This document shows, piece after piece, positions 39,131 to 53,784 of a stretch of DNA of 64,000 nt. The notes beneath the pieces are model-generated. The model was not told the DNA's origin. It did not search any database and worked only from the letters and a program-made list of their open reading frames with translations. Each line of letters begins with the position of its first letter. Within the stretch, counting starts at the first letter, position 1. The DNA is from Balanoglossus misakiensis (lineage: Eukaryota > Animalia > Hemichordata): positions 904,736 through 968,735 of the forward strand of contig CM082596.2 in the NCBI GenBank assembly GCA_040954595.2. Direction: 5' to 3'. The position numbers and the translations under genes are program-made.

Positions 39131-42100
39131 TATATCCAAATCATTACGGATATCCTTAACGCGCTCTAACAAATAAGAAATATATCCCCGACATATGTTA
39201 TTCCGGAGTAGATTTGCCGTTTTATGATTTACCAGGCTAACACTTGACCTTTGTGGGGAAAATTGTTGCAGTATCCTTTAACTTTTATGTATTGCCATAA
39301 ATCTGATTGAACTCGTGCAGCAGAGACGTATTACATTTGAAATATTTACACAGGGACATTCAACATTATGGGGCTTCTGATTTTAACATGTATTGGAACT
39401 CGGGGTTTAACGACAACAGGAGGTATTTGATGTTTCGTGTTATTCTGCAATGACTCGATAATCACAAACAGGGTCTTGTGACCAAAAGCTTGGAGTTTTT
39501 TATCGATGGGACAATCATAAGAGGAAAGGCAACATAATATGCTATACTGATATCATAATATATCTGATATTGTAAAATATCAATATTACATATCAAAAAT
39601 ACATACAGAAGCAGAGCTATTATTTTATGATGGCATTGGCATTTTCATACAGATTGTTTAAACAGATTTTCAAACAAAATAAAATATCATGAGGCAAGTA
39701 GTCTGCATCTGTGTGCCATTAGTTAATTCCGGCGAAGATGACGCGACGTAGTGCGTGTGTCTCGTTCAGAATTTGGACCTTTGCCGCTAGAGTGCGCCCT
39801 TGCAATTATACATACCAGTACAACACACATATAAAACCAAAGACTGAGTAGTGTCTAACTTTCCGCAACAGTTTAAATGAACACTAGAGGGATCCCTTCA
39901 CATGGCAGAAATTGCCAGGATTACAGTTTTATGACAGTGAAATTATTTGGCCATAATGAAGCCGGATCAGATATCTAGAACACTGAACAACATGTCCTAT
40001 GATTGTGTTAGACTCAAAAGTAAAAGCGACCCAATTATACTTCATGAAGTTCATGTACTGGCGCCTCGATCTCGGGCACTTCGGGCGACAGAGCTAAACA
40101 CGGCGTCAGACAGACGTAAAACGCAGCTGCATGCAGATAACTTTTAATCATGTGACAAATGTACTGAACCGTGATAATGACCATGGATAGATAAAACACT
40201 CTGCTGTAATTACATTCTGTGGTAGGACATCACAGCGCAATGCAATTGAGAAGTTCAATGCATGACAAATTGCAATATTTTCAGAGGATTTACAGTGAAT
40301 CACAATATTAGGCCCCCTTTTTCACAAAACAGATTTAGCACCTTTAATCGAAATTTTTCAACTGTTGTTGACATGTTAACAGACAATCATGTACTGTTTT
40401 AGACTTGCAGATCAAATCATCCACCACTAACATCAGGCTTCTTTGAACTGAAGACATAGGAGCCATGAGGGCAAACACTATATATTATATTTCTTGCTTG
40501 CCGTCGTTGAAAAAATCCTTGGGCTGGCAGCAGAACTGTCCGTATAGCACCCCCACACAATACTTTATAAAGTCCACCTCAGTAAATTATTGGCTACAGC
40601 TGTTTTGTAGTATGCAGTTTCCCCGACTGACTTTTATATTTTCAGTTAGATCAGTCAATTAGTCTCATGGCTACTTCAGTAATAGTCGCCCGAGGATTCT
40701 TTCTCGTCAACAAATCCTTTGAAGGACTGTTCAAGAAACTAGTTTTATTTCGTGTCACTCTTTACGATCTTCATACGAGCAACCTTCAAATCCCTATGGA
40801 GCTGAAATTCCTTGCATGTTTTGGTGTGCTTGTGGTAATTTTCGTTTTCCTTCCCCACTAGGCTTTTTTTTTGCAATTCACTTTGACAAGGGATTGTGGA
40901 GTGCACAGACTAACCATGGACAGACTAGGTTATATAAATGTACTTATAGCGACCTGTATAGTTTACGACATCATAAAAAATTGATTAAAGGAACAGTACG
41001 AAATTCGAATTAAATGAGACTGCATTCCAGAACATGAACATTATATGAGCAAGGAATAAAATAATGGAGACGGTTCCCACGTGTCGCGTTTCGTCACACC
41101 AACTCGCACGTTTCTGCATCAATGATTTCTGTTTTATATACACAGTGATGTGACCCCAGATAACTGTAGATTCGTATGGCTCCCAAGCTACATTAATCAT
41201 ATCAGAAACTGTAAATTTTGTGTTTCCCCTTAAGACGAGGGTTACAGTGTTTCGAAATAATTGCGACGTTCCGGGCAACTACGGTCGATAATCAGACAAA
41301 ATGAATCTGTAGTAGGGCCTAACAATAAGGTTATATGTATATTATATTTATTGATATCATATCAATATAAATCTAGGGCTGGATTAGATAAAATTATAAT
41401 CAGATCACCATTCTGTGGTTTTACTTTACAAAAGGTAAATAATAACCTTTGTTAGAATGGAGGATTGATTCAAAATATTCACATATGGTGGACATTTGTC
41501 TCTCGGGCGTGATGGTAGCTACCAATGTATCTCCAAGCACCTGTGATAACACTTTCAAAATGATGACCTAAAATTTTAGTAATCCCTAATGACTGTTACA
41601 AGACATTGGTGCGCACATGCACACACATACTAAGCTTAGATTTAAGTAATGTAACTTAAAATTATTAAAAGTGGGCATGGTTCAGTAGTGACTCAATAAA
41701 ATCAGCAAAATATAAAATACATAAAAAACATTTAGACGTCTTTCAGTCTGATACAAACATGTGATATGACCTACATATTAACAGACAAATGTGCACACAA
41801 CAGTTTTATTAGTTTAAGGCTATTATTTCGTATAATACGTACACGAGAGACCGTAACTTTTTATAACAAAGGTAAATACAGACCCAATGAAAAGCTTTTA
41901 GCAATCTGGGATGAAAATTAATGATCTGTTTCAATTGTGATTTGATTACTTGGTCGTAATGGCACAAAAAATATATGACGTTGAAATCACATTTTGTACT
42001 GCGGCAGAGGAGAGATCGGCGCGACTTCTCTCAGCTCCATTTGTATGTTTTTGTCTGTGCAGTAAATTGCTTAAAAAAACATGTGCACCACATACCCTGG

Positions 42101-45100
42101 ACACCCAGGGTATATTAACGCATACGAAAATCACTGGACAGTCATTTCTGTCGCGAGTGAAGTCGAACGGGACCATTACACTCCACAACTTCCTGGTGAT
42201 GGAGATATTTTCGTAGTAAAATGGAATTTATTGTAAAATGACGGTGATGTGGGAGAAAGTGAGATCTACCGAGGATAGAAAAGGAAGCAAATAAGATTTA
42301 CAGATAGCAGATTCCACGGGGGCTTAGGAAACCATGTAGCGAAAAGCACAGAGAGGTTGGCTGGGGTTCACAGATTCTTGAGAGAAGTAATCCCATGACG
42401 TAATTATTCAAGATTAAAACGCAGTCATTCCAGGAGGGATTTGTTTTTCACCAGAAGCGATTCCAGATCACGTCTACGTACTGTCTCTGTTTCAACCGAC
42501 AGTGATGATCAAACCCTTCTAACTTTTCAACCAAGTCACAAGTGCCTAGATATAATTTATCCGTAGAACAGGTGCTTAAGTTGTTATGATGGCAGTGTTG
42601 CCATCGTTAACGTGATTGTAGCTATTTTGGTATAATTGTATAATTACGTACGAATAAAACGTGACCAAATCAAGTAATACTTGTTATATACTTGGGAAGA
42701 ATGGCGTAATTTGCAGCCCATGTTTAACAACCACAGGCCCTCGAGAACAGCAGGTGCATAGTATATTTAAAAATACTGGAAAAATTACAACCAAAGTTGG
42801 AGATAGTGGAGCTTTGAGATATAATAGCTTTTGATTGTTTCTAAGTTGAGGATTATACTTGGTAGACGTTTAGAAAGTGCAATGATGTTTGGAAACTCGA
42901 TAGAGATCTGATCATTAGACACAGAGATGTTAGAGACTTTAAGGGATTAAGTTTGATGGTTACGTCGAAAACAGGTTGTCAGGATCGAGTCAGCTGCACA
43001 TTGCAGCTAGTATACTCTGACATTTGTTTAAAAACAAGTTGGATTTCCCAGATATACCGAGCCTAAGTGGAAAAATGCTTTTATCTAGGTCTTGGCATTT
43101 ATTTAACCATTACTTGCACTATCCATTTTAAGCAATGACGACTGCAGAGTCCACTATTTGAGAGCATGGAACGCAAAATTTGCAGAACATTTCAATTGAA
43201 CGTAATGTTTGTACACATGAAATTATGCACATGCATGTACATCAAACGATCGCCTTCCTTTAAGACTTGTACCACTTGGTAAGCAACCTGTTGCTATGGT
43301 AATTAACCAAATCTCCCGAGATCTCATGATGAGAAGGAAACCATCTACATGTACCGTACATTACACCATGATGCTTGAGGATGATGGATCTTTAGGGATC
43401 ATGACACTGGGGAGCATTATCCTGAAGAGCAGACAGAGTGGTTCTGTTGCAATGGTAAAGAAGCCCTCAAGAAGAAATAGGCCAAGTGCATTGGGATTAC
43501 GGAAGTATATTGAAAATCAGGATGGAGACGTTTTGGCTGGCACCATTTCAAGAATGCTGTTCAACGGACCTTCTGACTGCCCTTGTATGTCATGTCTGCA
43601 AGGGTTGACAGAGTAGAGCTCTAGAATATTATATAATAAAAGTACACGATCCCAGGTACATAAATATTCACAATCGATACTGATTCAAGTTTAATGCGAA
43701 GCCAGTAACACTTTGCATAAATATACTAAATGTATCCTGCAAAGTACAATCTCTATATGAACAGTGATTATTAAAACCAACAGACGAAGAAATGTAACAT
43801 CTGGAAAAAAGAAACGTAACACCCAAGTAACTGATATCCAGAGTACATTTGATAACTGCGCAGTACACTAAACCATGTCTATGTGAAAGGAACTTGCATT
43901 GCATATGCCTGAGGGAGTGCGGAAAACCACGACACTGCTATCATATACACTTTTCTTAGGGGCAAGATTCCCAACACGATCAAATTTGTAGATGCTGGGC
44001 AGGACTAAAGACATCATTTGATGGAAATCAAATCCTTCAAAGAATAAAATACTTGGTTCTGTGAGTTTGCTTGACCAATGCATTGCCAATTATTGTGATT
44101 GTCTGTAGTTTGAAGTATTAAATAGTCAAACTCAGAGAGGTATGAATATTAAAAACAATATACCATCAGATATCGATATACGATTATGCGTTGCTCAACA
44201 CGGATGTGTATGGCCTAGAGCAATACCGTGTAAGCTAGTTTATAGAGTGTCTTCTGTGCAGAAATGTTGATCAATCACGTTTTTGCGTTTGCGTGATTCA
44301 ATTTGATTTCATAAGTCCTCAACACGGTTGATAGGTAGTCATTAAATCTCCAGTTCAGATCACGTTGACTTGTAAACAGACGAAAGCCTTCATTTGCTGC
44401 TAGATTGGTTATCGCAATACCAGATGAGTCAGATGAGTCATTTCTTATACAGGGGACTATCTCCTCGCGGCAAAAAGTCTGTTGAGTCATTACTGACACG
44501 AGAAATGTGTCCTTTCGGCAAGGGTCTATCAACGAACGATGATATCTGCACATTCGGTTCACTGAATAGTAGTAACGCAGTTACTGCGTAGAATACCAAG
44601 CACTCGATGGACGTGCTAAGATTGTGGCCAAAACATGTAAAGATGCACGGTAAGCGAGTAGAATGCAACAGGCGAAGAATGCAATGCTCAGGAACATTTA
44701 CCTTTGCTCTGTAAAGACTAAAAGACTGTACAATTTTACTGACCGGGTATTTGGTCCAAAAACCAGAGATTCATCAAGTCATTGTCAATGACACAGTTTA
44801 CATATATTATGTAAAAGGAAGATTCAAAGCCATATGACAAATTTCCCAGGCACACAAATTGCCTGATACATCATCTATCTGTCCTGATCCAAAATACGAT
44901 AAAATTTGAGAAAAATGATTTCATCTACACGTTGCAGGATTTTAAAAGAAAAATGAAATGAGATAATCAGCAGTGATTCCTGTGTGAGGCACAGTGCCCT
45001 TATCTTTCTCTATCATATTCACGCATCATCTAGCGCAGACTCATTACTCACTTTGATCTTTGACTTTAATTTCTCATACTAATCAATAATGCATTTACAA

Positions 45101-48100
45101 TACATTTCGTTGTTATGGCATCAACAATAAAATGGTCTAAGAATCCATTAAAGCACTTTGTCTTGGAACTGTTCCGTTTTAAGAGTTATGAGCCCATTTG
45201 CAGAAGATAACTTATATGCACCATGCACAATTATAACCTACCAAACTTTGCGTCATGCAAGGTTTGACACTGTAGTACGATTGTTGCCAAGACTTGGCCA
45301 TGCATCCAAGCCTTATATCAAGACAACACGGATAAAAACTTCAGACTGGGGTATTTTTGAGTCACTCTATCAACTGTTGAATAAAAGGTTGAACAGAAAG
45401 CCACACACACAGTTCATTCAAAGATTAGTCAAGAATCGAAATGAGATTTCATACAACTTTGGAAGTGAAAATTTGAAATGCACTGGACAGATCGGAAACA
45501 ACTTAAATTGCAAGCTGTTATGAAAGGAAACATGTGGAAAGCCGTGTGTGGTCGCTCCGTAATACTCATATTAAATTAATATCGAAAAAATATCACCAAG
45601 GGAGTTGGTCTAAATTGGGTTGTTTTTCATGGTATAAATGATGTAACTACCGGTATATTGCAGTATATAACGTGACCCTGTGTGCCAGTTTAGTCAGGGT
45701 ATCACCATTAATACTGATTTGCAGCAGGCTATGCATATTGATTGCAATAAACCTCGAACAACCACTGTCCACTCGTGTTAAGGTTGTAATCGGTAATCCT
45801 CGATTTACATTTTACGTGTTAACTGTCATCTTGCAGATAAGAAACTCTTGACTTGTTTAAAAGACTACATGTCTTATCCATATTTTTAAGATATACAACA
45901 TTGGAAATCAAGTTTTCATGAACTTTTGGCCTTTCCAAAGAGATTGTTGAGGCAAAGCTTATGCTCTAACTGTAGGAAGCTGGCCAATATCCGATCATAC
46001 GCCCTCAATCAACATTTATGGGTGAATTAAAGTCAAGCACGTTTCATCCACCGACATAATGATTTACGCGTGATGTTACTTGTTACGTATCATCCCTTCA
46101 CTGCCGTTATCTTAAGATGTAACCTTGATCAACAGCACATGAGCTCCAAACTTTCCAAACCAGTAGAAATAAAAAACCTGAAATTGATACCTGTTTAGAT
46201 CAAGACAGAGATTACCATAGGAACATAACCATGAAATCAAGGGAGGCTTTTTTATGGAATTTCTGGCTGTAGTGGAAAACAGTGCATGCGACAATTTCAA
46301 CTATCTGTGACTTCTGACTCTGTAACTAAATTTTCGTGCTGGATTGGGAATAGTTTTGACGCATTTAAAGATAGAAGAATTTCCGTTTGCAATCGTAAAA
46401 TGTGGATGTTGCTGTATAACAGCCAACGACAGGTCAATAAATGGGGCGTAAAAAGGAATGCCTTCGGATTGTGATATTGAACTGTACATGTAGGTTTGTG
46501 ACTGGTAAATAGCATGAAAGTACAGACGATAAATGCAATCACTGTGGGCTGGGCTTCAAACATCGTCACAACTGTGAAAAACTTGAGATACAAAATTTAT
46601 TTAATAGACTGCATGCAGTTATCCACATTTAACAACTCTCCTTCCAATTACATGCCACTCCAGGCAAGAAATGAAAATGTCTGTGATCTGGAGACTAATA
46701 AGTAATATTAAATTTAAACTACCAGGGAGTCCAACAGACGTACGTGCGATCATTATTAAACAGAGCAGTCTTTTCCATGTTAGCATAAGGCGATATCCCA
46801 TAGACAAACCAGAAGGCAAAATGGCACAAAAACAGACCAAATGAACATTAAGACTAAACAAACTGTGTCAACAACTGAGACACAAGAACATCATTAATAT
46901 TCAATCGGTTCAACGAACGCACACTACACCCTCATCTAGGGAGATGGAGTTCAAAACGTTAAACATAAATTACACTATAATTAAGTTTTGTAAGTAGTAC
47001 GGTATGTGACAGCTGGGGAAAAACAAGACATTTCAAGTATATTTCTTTCCAGAGCATATTGGTTCATTGAACTCTGTTCTTCAACACAGCCTGCTTTGAT
47101 TTCTGCGTGTGTCGGTAACACAAGAATGTCTATTGGCAACGCAAACCTTGAACATTTTGACCAAAAACAGGATTAACGTGACTATATATAGCGCATTGTC
47201 AAGCATGTTGACAATTTATGTTTCAGGCAAAGTCAATGGCATCATTTTGAATACTAGATCTGGATCCGTAATTGCTCGGAAAAGAAATTCTGAATGCTTC
47301 CTCTGGGGCAGTGTCGCAGTTGGAGGAAAGCTGCATGAAAGAGTTGCAGAAAGAAGGCGATTCAAGATTCGTTCTTGTTTATTCCAAGGATGTTAAAGAT
47401 CTGGCTGTTTTTTCTTCCCTCAATGTCTCATTTTTGCAGAACGAACAATTCACATAATACGAAGTGCTCATTATGAATGACATAGAATCAGTATTGCAGC
47501 CATGGAAACGTACCTTTCATCTTTGATGAGATTATTATCATCCAAACAGGAATTTTCTATTTCACCATAAAAATTACAAGGAAAACTACTTTGATTAGCT
47601 TATCTTTTCCGAATTCTAAAACATGTTCCCGCATTTTCTCATCATTTGAATATCATGTTTCAATCTTTGCGGGCAGATAATAAAACCTTCCATGAATGAA
47701 TTTACTTCTCTGACAAAAACAATATCAAATGTTCTGAATCCGATTTTGAAATAAACCAGTGAAATTTAACAAGGCTACTGAATATTCATCATTGAAATAG
47801 GCATGCTTGCATTTAAGCCACTACATTTTCAGAGTATATCATTCTCTTTTTCAGGAAGAAAGAACTTAGAAGAATGCCAACTAATCGAAAATGTCAAGAG
47901 TTGCTACACTTTTAGAATCCTCTCTTTAAATTTAATGACGTTGTTGGCCCGTCTGCCGTGTTAGATTATATGTAATCTATAACTACCTATAATTTGCTCT
48001 GCTGGAATGTTATGAGGAAAGCGACGTTTTCTTAATCGCTGACATTCAATAAAACTGTGGCAGCAGTAAAAGCACGCAAATGTTTCCAAGAAAGTGGACA

Positions 48101-51100
48101 ATTTAATTGGTTGCTTTGCGCGTTCAAGCGTTTCTAGTCAGACAAACAACACATTTACGACAAGATTCGTTAACACGGTTATTAATAGCAAAACAGGCAT
48201 CCTTGCAAGGTTTGTATCAGGAAGTGATCTAGGGTAGACACCACTCATATTTAAAATGACGTTGAACTTGAAGTCAATGCATATCAATTCCAAGTTGTTG
48301 AGGACAAAATGACATACAATCGGTCAACAAAGGACCACATTTATGGGTTAGACGAGTCCGCGAGTACAATACTGACAAGGGTGTTACTGCTTGAATTTTG
48401 TAATCTGGAAGTTTATTTCCTCACATATCAAGTTTCAGATACCTATCTCGATCTCGATCACGATCTCGCAGAGGGAACATTTGGATTTCACGGCATAATT
48501 AAAGTAGAATTTTAGTAACCCACAGTTAATGAGTTTTGAGATCACATTTCGTAGTCCACACTTCATCAGCCATTATTTGTCCTGCACAAAATACAAAGCT
48601 GGTTACTGTCAAGTAAGACTATATACCCAGAACAAAAATCTGTCTTCCCTAGAGTCATCTCTCGGAAAGGGGGGGGGGGGAGGAATTGAGAAAGGATATT
48701 GATGTATGTTGGTAAAACAAATAGCTAACAGCACGTGCTTACTCCAATGCAGATGAAATTTGTTGCCACTTTTAAAAAATGCAATTCAGGGCGTTGCTTT
48801 TTTTGCCTTTTACGAAGGTCACACATTTGAATGTGATTGGCTTGTCTAGGCAATGTTGATAGTGACCGATGATTAAATTTCCATGCAGAGAGCACCCATC
48901 GAAGAGGCAGCATACATGTACATGTATCTCAAATGTACATGTTGACTACTACAAGGGCTATAACTCTTTTAACAGTTCGATTTATCAAATGTCATCTTGT
49001 AAATATTCAATATTACTCCGCGTTCCACATGGATAATCGTTGTGACATTGCTTCGGAAAGCGTTATCTTTCCGGAAGACCGGACTCACATGTAGAAATGA
49101 CAGTGCAACGTCATTCATAATTAAAAGAGGTACATTTAACCACTTACACGTACCATGGAAATACCACCTGCTACCAACATCCAGTAAATATAAGTTCCTT
49201 GACGCGCATGCTCAGTGCGAAACAACATCCAGCACTGCACGCTTCATCATTGGTAATCACGTACGGAAGAAAATAACCCGCAAAGAATAAACACATGATC
49301 TGTTTTTGATCAATTTAATGATTGCAAGCGGCGCAATTGTCAGTTAATTCTATTCCTGCTACAAAATCGGCCCACGGCGATCAACGTGATATTTAAAAGT
49401 AAGACTTAGTTCCAATTCAGGAAGAGGCAATTGGTGACTCGACTCTACGATAGAGTAAACCTTGATCAATCTTTGATAAGAGACAAGTGCGAGACGACTG
49501 TGGGGATTTCTATGAATTCTTGACAATACAACGTTAATGGTTTAACTTGCCAATCACTTTATACTGTGAAGAACATCCAATACAAACCCATTTGCCTTAA
49601 CTGCAGATCAGAGCACTATGCAAAGATTGGTTTGTCTTGTCAATTTTTATATTTGAACTGCATGAGAAATATTCAATGCTAGAAGCTGGTGAACAGAGGC
49701 TATTAAGTTTTAGATTATAAACAATAGATAACAGTCAGGGTTGCATGATGACTTGCTTGCAATGTTTTACTGTTTAATGTGCTGGAGCTCGAGTTTCAAA
49801 GATGGATTCAAGATAAGTGACTTGCTGAACCGTTCCTTGTACAGAGTCTGACACCACAGTTCACCGCCTATGGGTCATCGTGCTCGAACATGACACGTCA
49901 AATTCAATTATCTGGCAATACATAGGCACAGAAACTCTATATACCAGTAGGGATATGTTGCTGTGTTTCACTGAAAATCTATGATTGGCTATTTGAATTT
50001 TCCATGATAACAGTGGTTAAATTTGCATATGCGACCATATACCTTTAAAATTAGATGTCGCAGCACAACACACGTCCCACTCTTTCTGTGGTGTGTTCCG
50101 GCAATCACAGATGACACACATTCAATTAGAACAGGCGTAAACATACATAACATTCTCGTTTGTGGTTAATGGGACATGGTCATTGCGTCGAGACTTCACT
50201 CGGAAAAGTAATTCTAATCAGGAGAATGTTCACAGGATTTCGAACGAAATGGCACTTGACTCTCATGTTTCCATGGTAATATTCACATGCATCAATCTCA
50301 AAGAACTGTCCCTACAGCCATTTCTCGGCGTCAGAAATTTAGTTTGTTTTAATGAAAGGGAACAAGGGTATTAGAATCTCTCATTTTCCTCTGTATAAGT
50401 GGGCAGCCACATTAATCTCTTAGAAGACAAACCTTAATTTCATTCACATCATGTCTTTTGTGTTATAATTAAGAGATCTGTTGCATTGAAAGGTGTGAGA
50501 TTTTCAGACCTAAATTCACACATCACATAAAAAGTCTTCAAATACTGAACTAAAAGACGTTTGAAACAAGAGTTATAGATGCTCTCGAAAGAGGTGATCT
50601 TGATTAACAATTTAATGGAAATGGTTGTGTATCAGCTTTATCTCAAGGAAATGAACGTGATACAAATTTCAAAAAGAAAAAAAGGATTGACACAATGCCA
50701 ACAGTCGATTACCAAGAACTAGTGCAAGAACGAACAGTTCAGGTCTGCGATTTTCTATGATAACTGCGGCTACATTTACATAGTTGTGCAGGTTACCTTT
50801 CGTCTTTGAGAACAGTCACTGGTTTCACAGAGGCAAACAGTAAATTTAGATGCATCAAATTCTGCATGCTGAGATATATATCATGAAATCAAAATAACAC
50901 AATGTGACATCTGATATTTTCCAGAGCAAATGGCACCTTAATGTTTCTGTAATTACAGTAAATCAATTTATCCAACTTTGGAGAGTAGCATTTTACATCA
51001 CGGTCCATATTTAAAAATCAGTCAAATGGCTTCCTTAGCATGACCTGATTAAGGCAATTACAAAGTGGTTTATATGGCTCTCAGCAATTTTATAAATGCC

Positions 51101-53771
51101 CAGCAAGCCCATTTTGTACATGGCAGACAATTATCCAAACTTTAATAGAAAGTGAAATGAAGCAGTTTTGGCAATGCTAGTTTATCTACTTTGAGTTGGA
51201 AGTATTTCGAGAGTCCAAGACGTTCTTAGTTTGATCGCCTTATGTAGCTTTGAGGAAAAAAGAAAACTATATCGAAACCGCTGTGGTTAACACAGAAGTC
51301 ACATTTGATACGCTTTAACTGGATCTGCAAATTCCACACAGATTTAGATCAATGATCTCTTTTTGTAATCTAGCAATGAAAGTGGTGGGAGGTCTTGTGG
51401 CAATTAATCTCGAGGCTGTCCTACACAGATAAGGCACGGTTGTGATTTCAAAGAATCGGTAATGGAATTCTAGCTACCTCATCGATCGCAATTGGTGATA
51501 ATATGAGGTGTGTGCCTGATTCCGGGGTACCAATATTTCCTTGAATGAAGTGTTTTACTCTCGGTCGCTCTCTGTGATCGAATACTGAAAATCTGTTACA
51601 GATTTAGCCTGTGGTGCATGTTGCCATATACCGGTACTTTACACACAGAACATATGTACCTTTCAAACTTGCACACAATGGTACGTTAACAAATATTATA
51701 AATTCAAAATAGCAGCCAGTCTTTGATTTGTCTTGAATAAACACGACCTTCATATTGGTTTGGAGGAGTTTACTCTGTTAAAGTCTGTTCCCAAGGTACA
51801 GATTACAGAACCTTCAAACAACATACCACAGATTTAATTTCCTGTCACTGACCCTGTGTACAGTACTATCACACTTGTAATGCAAGGCTGTCTGGATTCA
51901 AATACTCTATCATCTATTTTTAAGTCTTATCTCTTTCTTAGTATTCCAATGACGTCATTCTCTAATTGCTAAAATTGCATAAGACCAGACTTTATTAAAT
52001 AAGAATTGATGTCTTGTGTTTGAAGGTGGAATCATTCCAGTCTAGAACATTTGTTATCTGGATATTGTACGCTTGCTCTCTCTATCACTAACTACACCTA
52101 CAGGCATGTGCATCTGTTATTACATCACTGACACAAATCAGAATGAATGGCTGTCTCTTCCCCTTAATCTCGTTTTCATTTTATTGAAATTGTACATGTG
52201 ATTTAGACTAATCATCTTCCTTAGAGCCAGACAGTTGTATGGAACTCGCTCCTGCCCAAACCGTCACCTCCGAACACACTAATAGATCTTTCCTGCGCTT
52301 TGTTATTGACAATATAATAAGAACATTCTTGTCATGTGTAAAATACTCATGTTCGATGGCTATGATAAAGATGATGCAGCCCTTATCAAAAACTCACATG
52401 CACAGAACTACATGCTAGTTGTAAACAACAGCTAGGTAAATATACTCGTAAATGGTATCATAGAGACCTGAAGTAGGTGGAACATCCCACACCTGTGCAT
52501 ATGATTTTCCTTTTATGCACAGCCCGCGGCAATTGTACATCTGTGCTGTTTTCAATCGCCCAGATAATGGACACCTCAACAGCTACGTTCTTTGGTGATA
52601 TGCAAAAAATAATGAGGTATATTTTGTTTCAAAGATAAAACAATTAGTCGTTTCCATGTTCGCGATATGTGCATGTTATTAGAAGTGGTACAAAGTGTAT
52701 GTAGGCTTACTCCATGTTGTCTTTTGTAAGATTTAGTCAGAAATCCTTTATTTGCCATTTAAAAGGGATCACATATATCCAGCGACCCTATGCTGAATAT
52801 CAAATGTGACTGAAATATCAACCTTGAAAAAGGAGCACGATTCAAATGAGTTGATCTAAAATGTAAGAGACGTACAGCATGGTATTCATTCATTCATTGT
52901 TTCTTAAGGTATAAATCCTAATTCTTAACCACTCAATGTCATTCATTGACTAACACTGTTTTGCAACGGCTTTGGAGATGACCAATCAATCATCTGGAGG
53001 CTACAGACGGCACGATATTACTTTCGTTACACCTCCGTTGTGACATCTATCAATCTTCGCTCTTTAGTACGAGTAAAATTATCTCGTTTCAAATTACGCT
53101 AATCTAGTCTCACTAAAACCTGCTAAGTTGAACTGAAGACATTGTAAGACATCACAAGACAATCCAATGAATGTGTTTCCCTTTTTTAACAATTTTGTAG
53201 TAGCCATAATAATTCTGTAGTACAGTTTGATAAATAGTCTGTACTGAACACCTTACAATTGGATGAATAATTGCTGAACAGTTTTAGTCTTTTAATCTGA
53301 TACTGTTTATATCGTCAGTGCGTGATAAACTTCAAGGTTTAATTCAACATAAGTGAGCTAATAGATCACAGTTTATGATTCTCTTGAGTGTCTCCATGGA
53401 TAATTAATTTCAATATGCATCAGCGTATTTATACAATCATCTATTCAAATATTCCCATCTCTCTACATCGCCACAGTATGAGAAACAGTTCTAAGATGTT
53501 TTTTCTGGGTATATAACGTGTCAATATCAGTGTGACAGGTAATATCCGACAATCGATGGAGTTTGTATGCAAAAAGAATACAGTGCTTATGACGATTATG
53601 CATTTAAAGGCAACTTTATATGCGGCTTGAATCACACCAAGATTTGTTCATGTGACATTTGCCTATTCAGGAGCATTTACTCTGGGAGTTCGTTCTGTGT
53701 TCAGACATGTTAATAATCTCTCCGCGTCTACCTGCCATCTCATTCGGTGTACCGTCCTCTCGTTTGCAATA

Positions 53772-53784
53772 GTTGCCTAGCAAC
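53772..53784. promoter_or_regulatory. RFX X-box (13-bp type)
   Basis: GTTGCCTAGCAAC, a consensus match. Confidence 0.45.

Noticed and set aside
42092-42113. Hairpin ATACCCTGG-ACAC-CCAGGGTAT
   Set aside because: A single 9-bp stem is within chance expectation.
42230-43620. Possible LINE reverse-transcriptase relics, including the 106-aa ORF at 43296
   Set aside because: Only vague resemblance; no recognisable ordered motifs.
47514-47550. MIIISSKMK G|GTACGT phase-1 candidate exon
   Set aside because: Donor only, in AT-rich context, with no independent support.
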